Part shown: positions 10,424 through 19,214 of the stretch, piece by piece
Layout: each line of letters starts with the position of its first letter
Position numbering within the stretch: position 1 is the first letter of the stretch
From: Fastidiosibacter lacustris
GTDB lineage: Bacteria > Pseudomonadota > Gammaproteobacteria > Francisellales > Francisellaceae
Assembly (NCBI RefSeq): GCF_003428155.1
Contig: NZ_QLIR01000004.1
Location: 90,001 to 122,000, forward strand
Direction: 5' to 3'
Length of the DNA stretch: 32,000 nucleotides
Position numbers and translations under genes: made by a program
The notes under the pieces: model-generated
The model's input: the letters and a program-made list of their open reading frames with translations, nothing else
Database searches by the model: none
What the model was told of the DNA's origin: nothing

Positions 10424-10459
10424 GTTTCTGAGAATATGCAATAGCATGTTTTCAGAAGC
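10424..10459 (+). other. Long imperfect palindrome / RNA hairpin (14-16 bp stem, AATA tetraloop)
   Basis: TTCTGAGAATATGC-AATA-GCATGTTTTCAGAA. Its two non-Watson-Crick pairs are G-T on the + strand and would be C-A on the minus strand. It lies about 110 nt upstream of the methyltransferase ATG. Confidence 0.45.
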
Positions 10460-10569
10460 TGTCTGTGCTTTATGTATATGTTTGTAGATTATACGTATTT
10501 TTAAAGATAAAATTATAAGAATATGTTATACAATTTTATAAAAATTAAAAATACAGATGGAGTGACTAA

Positions 10570-11322
10570 ATGGCCACGATTCACACACCTAAACAATATG
10601 CCGAAATTTATAAAATCTTGCAAAAACATGACAACTCCAAGCAAATTATAACCCATATCCAAAACACTATTTTGCCCTATATTGAAAAGCAGTATTTTCT
10701 TGATATTGGTGCAGGAGAAGGCAAAATAACTCAGCATTTTATTTCACAATTTCAAAATAATACAGCGATTGAACCTAACTCTAACTATACAAAAATACTA
10801 CAAAATTTTCCCCAATTGACTGTCATCAACGATATCTTTCAAAACACTTTTCTGTCACACAAGTATAACTTTATTTTATGTTCTCACGTTATGTACCACG
10901 TTGCAGAGCAAGAATGGGAAAGGTTTGTTTTAAAAGCCTATGATCAACTTGAAGAAAAAGGTAGATTGATGTTTGTAGTACCCTCTGACCAAGGTGTGCA
11001 TTATGATAAATGTATCAGCTATAACCCATATTACAAATGCTATAAATTATTGAAAAATATTGCACACAAATATGAGATCCCCTATCAGGTTACAATTGAT
11101 AAAGCATTTTATAATACAGAAACCTTGGAAGAAATGTATCAAATTTGTCGCTTTTCTATCGTTGAAGATAGCTTTAATTATGACATGTACCAACAGTTGC
11201 TTAACAATGGCATAGCTGAATTTGATAGAGATGTGCTAAATTATGCAAAAAGTACAAAAATTAACGATACACTTTATTCACTTGTCATTCATCCTGCTTT
11301 TGTTACCTTATACAAAAGTTAG
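10570..11322 (+). CDS. Class I SAM-dependent methyltransferase
   Basis: Motif I FLDIGAGEGKIT, then an acidic residue at the end of beta2 (AIEPN), then CSHVMYHV. Substrate is unknown. Confidence 0.8.
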   Translation: MATIHTPKQYAEIYKILQKHDNSKQIITHIQNTILPYIEKQYFLDIGAGEGKITQHFISQFQNNTAIEPNSNYTKILQNFPQLTVINDIFQNTFLSHKYNFILCSHVMYHVAEQEWERFVLKAYDQLEEKGRLMFVVPSDQGVHYDKCISYNPYYKCYKLLKNIAHKYEIPYQVTIDKAFYNTETLEEMYQICRFSIVEDSFNYDMYQQLLNNGIAEFDRDVLNYAKSTKINDTLYSLVIHPAFVTLYKS

Positions 11323-11623
11323 CCCATCAATATTGAGAGTCGTTACAAGTCAATTTTCGTTATATTTTACTCTTGTTTTCAACTACCTTGTTAATCCCTA
11401 TTGAAATCAAAACCTCTTGTCTCACACCGTTAACCACGTTAGCCAACAAAACCGTTAGAATGACCCGTTTTAATGACTTGTTGATAGTAAATTTAGTGCA
11501 AAGGCTGTTATGGCTTGTAAAAGGAGAGCAAATAGAAACCAGTAATTTTAGTTAAATTATTACGGTTACTAAGGTGTATAAAATTAATTTATACTATCGC
11601 TGGATTAAATTTTAACATGGATT

Positions 11624-14600
11624 ATGGAAATGGTTATAAAAAAGTATTTTGCATATTTATTGGGGTGGGTTTTTCTTTTATCAGGCTGCGGTGGTAGCGG
11701 TGGCGGCAGTGAGGATGTATCTGCAATTAAAATAAAGCAAGGTATAGCTTTGCCAGATGTGATAAAACAAGATAGTGAAGCAATTGGTATTGTTGAGATA
11801 GGTTATGAAACAAATCGTGATCAATTTACGATTGCAACCAAGAGTGACAGTCAGCGTCTTATGATTGATAAGGATAAGATTAAACTGGAAGGCGAAGGAG
11901 TCAGAATAGCTTGGGACTTGGTTAATGATTCATCCTGTGTTAACAAGGAAAGGCAGTATGTTGAGCGCAATGGTAGTTGTAATTTACCTATTCAGATTAA
12001 CAGTCAAAAGCTCGGTGTTCATTCGATTAACTTACAGGTGACCACGCGTGATGGCAAGACAGCAGAGCAATCATTTAAGATAGAGGTGGTAGAGCCATTT
12101 TCACCTAAGCTTGGTAGCAGTGCTATGATAGTCAATTATCTTGATCCTGTCCTAAATGGTATATATGGTCATAGTGATAGATCCGTTTTGCTATACAATG
12201 CGGGGAATAAATTAAACAATGTGCGCGTTCTGGATAAAAAAACTAAATTAGTGTTACATAGGGCAGTTGAATTAAAAGCCGGTGAATTAAGTAAATTACG
12301 ATTTGATGGACAACTGGAGTTACCTTTTGGTCTGTCTCCTTCATTAGATATTATGGCAGCAAACTTGCGTGAGAATTTCAAAGTGAATTATTTGCCGCAT
12401 GATTGGCTAGCAACGCGTGTTAATCACCTTGCAATTACCAAACCTGGGCAAAGTAAACTTGCATTTGAGGTTTTGCAACCAGGTTTTGAAGTGGTGGAAA
12501 TAAGTTTTGACTTTGAAGGTAAGGGTGTAGCGTTAACTGATAAGCCATTCACCGAAGACGACACATTAGAGTCCAAATTATATAATTTTACTTTCTCAGT
12601 AGCAGATGATGCTTATGGAGCGGGGGACTTGACAGTTACATTGCGTCGTGATGGGCACGATGTGGAATATAAAAGTAAAGTTACTGTTCAACCGATTAGT
12701 TTAAAAGTTGAAGCAGCAGATGAAGTATTACGCGAAGCTGGACAACTTTATACAATAAAGGTTACCAATCAATCGGCATTTAACTGGTCAATTTCACAGG
12801 ATAAATTTGAGCTTGGTGGATTAGCACCTCATGCAATGTGGGATAATACAGTTCTTGATAATTGTCGTGATCTATCTTACTTGGCAGCAGGTGGAAGTTG
12901 TAATTTACAACTAAAATATACTCCTGATGTTAATAACTTGCGTACAGGCAATTATGCGTTGAAGATAAAAGATGATATAAGACTTCCGAAAACGCAAAGT
13001 GTAGATATCAAGGTGATTCAAGGGAATCAGAAGTTGCATGTCTATGCACCTGTAAAGCTGTCTGAAAATGATTATAAACTGGAGATTTTTAATAATGACA
13101 GTAAGAATGTTGATGTCACATTAATTGGTAATAATCTTGATTTTATCACGGCTCAAAATTGTGGTCTTATAAAACAAGATGATAGTATTAAGGTAACAGT
13201 GTCTCAAACAAGCTTATGTACAGTTGAGCTTAGAAAGTCAGATGTCAACACTGAAGCAACATTAGAGTATGACAGTGAAAATGGTAGAGGTAAGTACTAT
13301 TTCTTACAATCAGAGCAGTTATTGTATATCGATGGTAAGGCAGTTGTTGTTTATGATGTCAATAAATATGGAGAATTTATAAGGATTGATGAAAATCAAT
13401 ATCCTGTGAAAATTCAGAAAGTACAAGATATTGTGGCAAAAGAAGATGAGCTATATATTGCAACAGATGTTCCGGGTGTGTTGTATCGCTATAAGGATAA
13501 TACGATAACTGAGTTTATCCATATTCCAGACAATAGTTTTATTCAGCATATTGAAAAGGGTGCAGCAGATGATGTTTTAGTGGCAGTATCTTTTAACCCG
13601 TTTGAGGAGCAAAACAATTTCTGGCAGATTAATTTGCAGACTCGAAACGTTGAGCTAATTGCCAGCTTTTCAGGATATATCAATCGTATTAAAGGAATTG
13701 AAGCAAATGAGTTTCATATTGTTGGTACGGATCTTATCTATAACAATCAGACATCAAATATACTGGTTTTAAAGGTTGATAAAGACAGTAGTAAAAGTGG
13801 TGTAATGATTCCTCCGCTTCCGGTTATTATGCAGAGCGGACCGATATTTGATGTTGCTCACACGAAGGATACTTATTATGCAGCCAGTATTTTTGGTGAG
13901 CATTCTGGATTGATCGAGCTTCCTTATCCTTTGGATGCCAGTAATACTGTGAAAGCGCAAACGGTGGTGATGGACGATACATTTTATAAGGAAGGAGGAT
14001 ATGTATCACAAGTAGATGCAAGTATTGAAGGAGATGCTGTTTATGCCTATGGCTGGCTGAAAGACAATCAATACGTTTTGATGCAAAAGAAACAAGGTCA
14101 AGTTAAGCCTATCCCATTGAGTAGCTATATAAGATACATTGTGCCTATGTCAGATGGGCTATATTACAGTGCAACTGAAAGTAGTGGGAATAATCATTTT
14201 ATTTCTCGCTGGAAGAATAAGGAAGAAGAACAAAAAATTATGAGTCAAAACTTTACTATTTCAACAACAGAAAATGTGTTGAAATTGAAAAGACACCATC
14301 AGGAAGTTGTTTCTTCGAATGCATTTTCGGTATTATTGCCTGCGTCGTTGGAGATAACAGAGCGTAAAGAGCATCTATTACAAGCAAAAGAATTTGTATC
14401 TAGAAATATGGATAGTCATGCAATAGATTATGTTTGGTCAGGAGAGGTGGGGGTGTTTAACCCAGATGCAACAAATCAAGCAAGCATTAACTTGACTGCA
14501 CCAGCTTTTAACCCAAGAGAGAACAATCAATATAATGTTAAGCTTTTAGCAACTTTGGATAATGAACAGCAAGCGCTAGAGACAATAGTAGAAGTACTTG

Positions 14601-17600
14601 TGGATCCAAATCTTAAAGGCAGTGTAGCGATTAGTGGAGATACTGAGGTTACAGAGAATAACGAAGTGACATTGAGCGCAAGCTATAGTGCCCCGAGTGA
14701 TTCACCTGTACGTTTACCGAAAGCGGATGGATATAGCTGGACTGTACCAGCGGGTTGGAGCGTGGTAGGCGCAAGCAATCAAGCGACGCTTACAGTAAAA
14801 GCGCCGAACTGGAGTGCGACTCTTACAGCGGGATCGTTTAGTGTGACTGCGACGGATGATGCGAATATTACAACGGATAGCTCAGTAGCGCATGGTGTAA
14901 CGGTTAAGCATGATACGAACTTAAAAGGCAGTGTAGCGATTAGTGGAGATACTGAGGTTACAGAGAATAACGAAGTGACATTGAGCGCAAGCTATAGTGC
15001 CCCGAGTGATTCACCTGCACGTTTACCGAAAGCGGATGGATATAGCTGGACTGTACCAGCGGGTTGGAGCGTGGTAGGCGCAAGCAATCAAGCGACGCTT
15101 ACAGTAAAAGCGCCGAACTGGAGTGCGACTCTTACAGCGGGATCGTTTAGTGTGACTGCGACGGATGATGCGAATATTACAACGGATAGCTCAGTAGCGC
15201 ATGGTGTAACGGTTAAGCATGATACGAACTTAAAAGGCAGTGTAGCGATTAGTGGCGCGGCTGAGGTGATTGAAAATAACACGGTGACATTAACCGCGAA
15301 TGTAACAAATCTTCCTGCTGGTAGAGAGATTCAAGTGGATGGATATGACTGGAACTTACCAAGTACCTGGAGTGTTGTGGGAGATAAGAATAAAAAGGAC
15401 ATTACTATAAAAGCTCCACGCATGACTTTAGATCAAAATATAAGCAATATAAATGTTGTAGTAGACGCAACGGATAATGCAGGTGTAAGAACATCTTTGG
15501 CTGTGAAGCGAATGACTATCAAGCCAGATCACAACCTTTTGACGGTAGATGCAGGTTTTGGTGATAATGCAATAGAAGGAAGTACGAAGAATTTGGCTGC
15601 AACGGTGAGTGGAAGCGGTACTGCGCCGTATAGCTATCTTTGGACAAACAATCAAGGTATTACTATTACAAATGCAAATCGAGCGTTCTTTGCGATGTTT
15701 ACAGTGCCTATCCTTACAGCTCCCAATGAAGACTACACCTTTACGGTGACGGTAACAGATGCGGTAGGTAGACAAAAGAGTGCAAATGTAACTTACATAG
15801 TAACGCCAGATAACAACCGCTTGCAGGTAAGTGCAGGTACTAATGGTTTTGTACAGGAAGAAATCGAACAAGCGTTGAGTGCAAGCGCAAGTAATGGTAC
15901 TGCACCGTATCAATACAAGTGGACGACAACAGATGGGGTTAGCATTACAAATCAGAACGCCCAAAATGCGACATTTAAGGCACCTACATATAATGCAACT
16001 GGTAATAATCGCTACACATTTAATGTGGAAGTGACTGATGGAGTTGGTAGGAAAAGAACCGCTGTGGTGACTTATGATGTTGAGAAAGTCACAATTAATA
16101 TCACCAAGGTAGTAGCGCTTCCAAGCGTTATGATGAAGGGTGTTAGCTATCCTTTTACTTATGAATTTAAAAATACCTCAAAGGTTGCTATAAAAGGAGT
16201 CCACGTAGAGTATGATGGTAGTTCGGGCGCTGTTACTAATACTGTTTCACATGGCTGTAGAGGGGAGATGGCTATAGGTGGATATTGTGAAGTAACTGGT
16301 GTATTCACACCACGAAATTTACGTACAGCGATGACACGTTTTAGATTGGGATACAATCAAGGTATGGGTAGAAAGTTTGTTTCTTCACTTGATCTAAGTG
16401 CTGTCTACGGTTTAACCACCCCAGTTGCCCCTGTATCAGGCAGTGTCACTTCATCCAGTCAGCAATGGCCGGCTAGACGATTTGAAGAGGCGACTAACAG
16501 TATTGGTCAAGCTTGTAATGATGCGGTATATGATAAATTAACAGGATTGATGTGGAGAAAAGATGGTCGCAATGGCTCGACATCATGGAATGCAACTTGG
16601 CCTACTGGGACAAGTGAAGGATCCACGTGTGGTTATACTGACTGGCGTCAACCTAATCTAAATGAACTGCGTAGTTTGGTGAATTATGGTCATCCAGGAA
16701 CCCCCGCATCATGGTTAAATGCCAATGGGTTTAATAATATTCAAAGTGAGTATTGGACAACTACGGAATATGGTCCTGACAATACTAAAGTGTGGTGGAT
16801 AGATATGACTAACGGTCAATTAAGTGTAGCCGCTAAGAGCAATAGATCTTATGTGATAGCTGTTCGTGAAGAGCGCCCTCCGGTTACAGTTACGACAGTA
16901 ACGCCAATTCCAGAGCAAACGGTTGTGGGTGAGAGCTATCCTTTTAGGTATGTTGTTACTAACTCTGGTGTATCTTTTGCAGTTGGTGCACCTGTATCAG
17001 CTTTAAGTATAACAGGGCAGCATACTGATAATGGGACTGTACAATTAAATTCTGGCAATCGAACATGTGAAGATAATATGGTATTAAACTTCAATCAATC
17101 TTGTGAGGTAAGTGGTGTATTTACGCCATCCACCCCGGGTGTGCAGAATGTCGGCTTTTTAGTAAAATATAATTTAGGTCTAGGTGGTAGGTATAAAAAG
17201 ACGACTAGTACAGTCACCACGGCTAAATCTAAAACCTCCCCAATTGCGCCTCAACCAGATGCAGCTACTTTCCCGAATCATCAATGGCCTGAGGGAAGGA
17301 TTAAATACTTGGGTTTCTGTACTATGATGGGCTCTGGAGGAATCCCTGTATATAGATGGTATGATAACTTAACAGGTTTAACGTGGCACGTGAGTTTTAG
17401 GTCGATTATGTGGCAGGAGAGCAATAATATTAGTAGTATTAGTACTGAGAATAATTGTGGTGCGATGACAGGTTTGCGGTTACCTACCGTAAATGAGCTA
17501 CAAAGTTTAGGGAACTTTGGTTATGCGGGAACTCCTTTTGTATGGTTAACTGATGTCGGGGGCAGTGGTTTGGTTGGGACTTATTGGACAAGTAGCCCTG

Positions 17601-17704
17601 TTGCGCTCTCAAATACTCATGTGTGGGCAGTTGATATGACGAATGGTAAAGTAGTTGAGAAGCTAAAAACTGATTCTGCTTACGTGATACTTGTTAAGGC
17701 TTAA
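11624..17704 (+). CDS. Giant modular surface lipoprotein (2026 aa): Ig/ASH-like modules, 5 PKD-like repeats, 2 x [Ig-like + DUF1566/Lcl C-terminal-like domain]
   Basis: Signal peptide with lipobox LLSG|C (Cys22) followed by a GGSGGGS linker. The beta-sandwich motif (G)SCxLxLx(Y/F)xP / CEVxGVFTP recurs. PKD-like repeats lie around 14609-16090. DUF1566-type domains lie around 16460-16870 and 17279-17701 (WPxxR, LTGLxW, CGYTDWRQPNLNELRSLVNYG, YWT, VWxxDM). Confidence 0.9.
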   Translation: MEMVIKKYFAYLLGWVFLLSGCGGSGGGSEDVSAIKIKQGIALPDVIKQDSEAIGIVEIGYETNRDQFTIATKSDSQRLMIDKDKIKLEGEGVRIAWDLVNDSSCVNKERQYVERNGSCNLPIQINSQKLGVHSINLQVTTRDGKTAEQSFKIEVVEPFSPKLGSSAMIVNYLDPVLNGIYGHSDRSVLLYNAGNKLNNVRVLDKKTKLVLHRAVELKAGELSKLRFDGQLELPFGLSPSLDIMAANLRENFKVNYLPHDWLATRVNHLAITKPGQSKLAFEVLQPGFEVVEISFDFEGKGVALTDKPFTEDDTLESKLYNFTFSVADDAYGAGDLTVTLRRDGHDVEYKSKVTVQPISLKVEAADEVLREAGQLYTIKVTNQSAFNWSISQDKFELGGLAPHAMWDNTVLDNCRDLSYLAAGGSCNLQLKYTPDVNNLRTGNYALKIKDDIRLPKTQSVDIKVIQGNQKLHVYAPVKLSENDYKLEIFNNDSKNVDVTLIGNNLDFITAQNCGLIKQDDSIKVTVSQTSLCTVELRKSDVNTEATLEYDSENGRGKYYFLQSEQLLYIDGKAVVVYDVNKYGEFIRIDENQYPVKIQKVQDIVAKEDELYIATDVPGVLYRYKDNTITEFIHIPDNSFIQHIEKGAADDVLVAVSFNPFEEQNNFWQINLQTRNVELIASFSGYINRIKGIEANEFHIVGTDLIYNNQTSNILVLKVDKDSSKSGVMIPPLPVIMQSGPIFDVAHTKDTYYAASIFGEHSGLIELPYPLDASNTVKAQTVVMDDTFYKEGGYVSQVDASIEGDAVYAYGWLKDNQYVLMQKKQGQVKPIPLSSYIRYIVPMSDGLYYSATESSGNNHFISRWKNKEEEQKIMSQNFTISTTENVLKLKRHHQEVVSSNAFSVLLPASLEITERKEHLLQAKEFVSRNMDSHAIDYVWSGEVGVFNPDATNQASINLTAPAFNPRENNQYNVKLLATLDNEQQALETIVEVLVDPNLKGSVAISGDTEVTENNEVTLSASYSAPSDSPVRLPKADGYSWTVPAGWSVVGASNQATLTVKAPNWSATLTAGSFSVTATDDANITTDSSVAHGVTVKHDTNLKGSVAISGDTEVTENNEVTLSASYSAPSDSPARLPKADGYSWTVPAGWSVVGASNQATLTVKAPNWSATLTAGSFSVTATDDANITTDSSVAHGVTVKHDTNLKGSVAISGAAEVIENNTVTLTANVTNLPAGREIQVDGYDWNLPSTWSVVGDKNKKDITIKAPRMTLDQNISNINVVVDATDNAGVRTSLAVKRMTIKPDHNLLTVDAGFGDNAIEGSTKNLAATVSGSGTAPYSYLWTNNQGITITNANRAFFAMFTVPILTAPNEDYTFTVTVTDAVGRQKSANVTYIVTPDNNRLQVSAGTNGFVQEEIEQALSASASNGTAPYQYKWTTTDGVSITNQNAQNATFKAPTYNATGNNRYTFNVEVTDGVGRKRTAVVTYDVEKVTINITKVVALPSVMMKGVSYPFTYEFKNTSKVAIKGVHVEYDGSSGAVTNTVSHGCRGEMAIGGYCEVTGVFTPRNLRTAMTRFRLGYNQGMGRKFVSSLDLSAVYGLTTPVAPVSGSVTSSSQQWPARRFEEATNSIGQACNDAVYDKLTGLMWRKDGRNGSTSWNATWPTGTSEGSTCGYTDWRQPNLNELRSLVNYGHPGTPASWLNANGFNNIQSEYWTTTEYGPDNTKVWWIDMTNGQLSVAAKSNRSYVIAVREERPPVTVTTVTPIPEQTVVGESYPFRYVVTNSGVSFAVGAPVSALSITGQHTDNGTVQLNSGNRTCEDNMVLNFNQSCEVSGVFTPSTPGVQNVGFLVKYNLGLGGRYKKTTSTVTTAKSKTSPIAPQPDAATFPNHQWPEGRIKYLGFCTMMGSGGIPVYRWYDNLTGLTWHVSFRSIMWQESNNISSISTENNCGAMTGLRLPTVNELQSLGNFGYAGTPFVWLTDVGGSGLVGTYWTSSPVALSNTHVWAVDMTNGKVVEKLKTDSAYVILVKA
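14615..15255 (+). repeat. Intragenic tandem repeat, period 309 bp (103 aa): two copies differ at one base (T14709 vs C15018), and the start of a third, diverged copy follows
   Basis: Base-by-base comparison at a 309-nt offset. The third copy is identical for about 23 nt, then diverges but stays homologous at the protein level to about 15535. Confidence 0.95.
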
Positions 17705-17733
17705 TAAAAATTAATAAATGCTAGGAATATAAT

Positions 17734-18300
17734 ATGAAAAACATTCAGCATAGAATAATAAAAAAAATTGGCTTGCTTTCAACCCTGCTTATTTTCTTGG
17801 GAGTGGCAAGTCAAAGCTTCGCTTATGATGTTGTGATCCAAGCGGATGATGCAGCATTTCGCGGTGATGGACAATGGCCAACCCCTAGGTTTGTAGAGGC
17901 AATTGGAGCAGATGGTGTGCCTTGCTCTAGTTTACTACGTGATAAATTAACGGGTTTGACATGGCGAAAGAATGCTTATGAGGGTCGCACAAATTGGCAG
18001 GGTGCAATGAATTTTGCAGCGAACTTTGCAAAGGATCATCCTATTTCTGCGTGTGGTTATACGGACTGGCGCGTGCCTAATATTAATGAGCTTCGAAGCC
18101 TAGTGAATTATGGCGCTCAAGAGCCAAACATATGGTTAAATGCCAATGGGTTTAATAACTTTCAAGATACTGCTGGTTATTGGACAAGTACGGAATATGG
18201 ACCTGACAAAGATCAAGCCTGGCTCGTGGATATGGGAGAGGGTGGCACTTTTTTCGCTCCTAAGCGCAATGGACGAGCTTATGTAGTGATTATTCGTTGA
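17734..18300 (+). CDS. Secreted single-domain DUF1566/Lcl C-terminal-like protein
   Basis: 188 aa with a Sec-type signal (MKNIQHRIIKKIGLLSTLLIFLGVASQSFA). Motifs are WPTPRF, DKLTGLTWRK, CGYTDWRVPNINELRSLVNYG, YWTSTEYGPD and AWLVDM. AGGAA RBS is present, and the gene starts 29 bp after the giant gene. Confidence 0.87.
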   Translation: MKNIQHRIIKKIGLLSTLLIFLGVASQSFAYDVVIQADDAAFRGDGQWPTPRFVEAIGADGVPCSSLLRDKLTGLTWRKNAYEGRTNWQGAMNFAANFAKDHPISACGYTDWRVPNINELRSLVNYGAQEPNIWLNANGFNNFQDTAGYWTSTEYGPDKDQAWLVDMGEGGTFFAPKRNGRAYVVIIR

Positions 18301-18410
18301 TTAACAACGGTCATTGAGTCATTTGATGATTTATTTTAATTGCTTTGTAAGTAAAAATTGAAACAGAATAAATAGGTACAAAAATCGATAGAGTTTTTAA
18401 GGAATATGCG

Positions 18411-19016
18411 ATGAAAAGCATTCAGCACAAAATAATAAAAAAAATCGGGATTGTTATGACCTTGTCCATGACCTTAGGCATTGGTGAGTATAGCTTTGCG
18501 GCGGCTATCGTTCAAGATGTCAAGCCAGGTGGTATGGGTTTTGGAGGATGGCCAAATCCCAGATTTGAAGATGCAGTTAAGGCAGATAGTACACGTTGTG
18601 CTGACGCAAAAATAGATAACTTAACGGGGTTGATGTGGCAACATAATGCTAGAAATGGTGGACATACTTGGCATCATTTAACGAACGCTGCTACAGGTGC
18701 CAAAACATGTGGTTATACTGATTGGCGTTTACCTGACTTAGGTGAAATGTTAAGTTTAGTGAATTATGGAAGCGCTGGTACACCAAGAGATTGGTTATTG
18801 GGTCAAGGATTTTTTTATGACATTCCAGGGGATGCTTATTATTGGACAAGTACAGCAAATTCGCAAAACAGTAATCAGGCGTGGCTTGTTGATATCATGA
18901 ATGGCAGTACACGAGTACACAATAAGGGTAGTTATGAAGTCGCTACTTCTCCAACAACAAGGTACACCTTTGCCTGGTATGTTCGTGGACCCAAGAATCC
19001 GCATTTGATTTTGTAA
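18411..19016 (+). CDS. Secreted single-domain DUF1566/Lcl C-terminal-like protein (paralogue)
   Basis: 201 aa with signal MKSIQHKIIKKIGIVMTLSMTLGIGEYSFAAA. Motifs are WPNPRF, DNLTGLMWQH, CGYTDWRLPDLGEMLSLVNYG, YWTST and AWLVDI. AAGGAA RBS is present. Confidence 0.87.
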   Translation: MKSIQHKIIKKIGIVMTLSMTLGIGEYSFAAAIVQDVKPGGMGFGGWPNPRFEDAVKADSTRCADAKIDNLTGLMWQHNARNGGHTWHHLTNAATGAKTCGYTDWRLPDLGEMLSLVNYGSAGTPRDWLLGQGFFYDIPGDAYYWTSTANSQNSNQAWLVDIMNGSTRVHNKGSYEVATSPTTRYTFAWYVRGPKNPHLIL

Positions 19017-19214
19017 TTATGTTTATGACGTTTTTTGTATTTAAAGAAGGGGAATATGATCGATAAATGCACACTAGTGATTTGTTTTGCATACTTTTTA
19101 CACAACTATAAACATTTAACAGCATTATTTAGCATAAGCCACCTGATTTACCTAAAATGAACCGCGTATTTACCGATATTGGTCATTATAGGAACTTTAT
19201 AAAGGACAGCTGAC

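Noticed and set aside
10513-10737. 74-aa minus-strand ORF overlapping the methyltransferase start
   Set aside because: It is antisense to a gene with a clear SAM-binding motif and has no supporting signals.
11427-11472. Cluster of four (C)CGTTA-like motifs upstream of the giant gene
   Set aside because: The motif is short, the spacing is irregular and one copy is imperfect, so it could easily be chance. It was not reported as a regulatory site.
11373-11555. 60-aa + strand ORF in the spacer before the giant gene
   Set aside because: It has a non-ATG start, no RBS and no motif similarity, and it sits in an AT-rich promoter-like region. It is probably non-coding.
15428-15964. 178-aa Cys-rich minus-strand ORF inside the giant lipoprotein gene
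   Set aside because: It lies entirely antisense to a strongly supported coding region with repeat and domain structure. Its composition is low-complexity (C/I/R/Y-rich), typical of shadow frames, and it has no RBS or motif.
17760-18444. A8 homopolymer tracts (17760-17767, 18437-18444) in the signal-peptide codons of both small DUF1566 genes as phase-variation switches
   Set aside because: A8 runs also occur in housekeeping genes in this AT-rich window, for example in mazG and the histidine kinase. Here they simply encode the conserved KK pair, so there is no evidence of length variation.
16460-19016. Diversity-generating retroelement (DGR) targeting of the DUF1566 domains
   Set aside because: CLec/DUF1566 domains are common DGR variable-region scaffolds, and a Legionella DGR target is a lipoprotein, so I looked for one here. 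The window has no reverse transcriptase or avd gene and no non-coding template repeat. Differences between the paralogous domains are not restricted to adenine positions, and no GC-rich IMH-like element follows any copy. A TR/RT elsewhere in the genome is not excluded.
19146-19174. ATTTACC repeated 22 bp apart upstream of the yhcG-like gene
   Set aside because: A 7-mer repeated once in AT-rich DNA is too weak to interpret.
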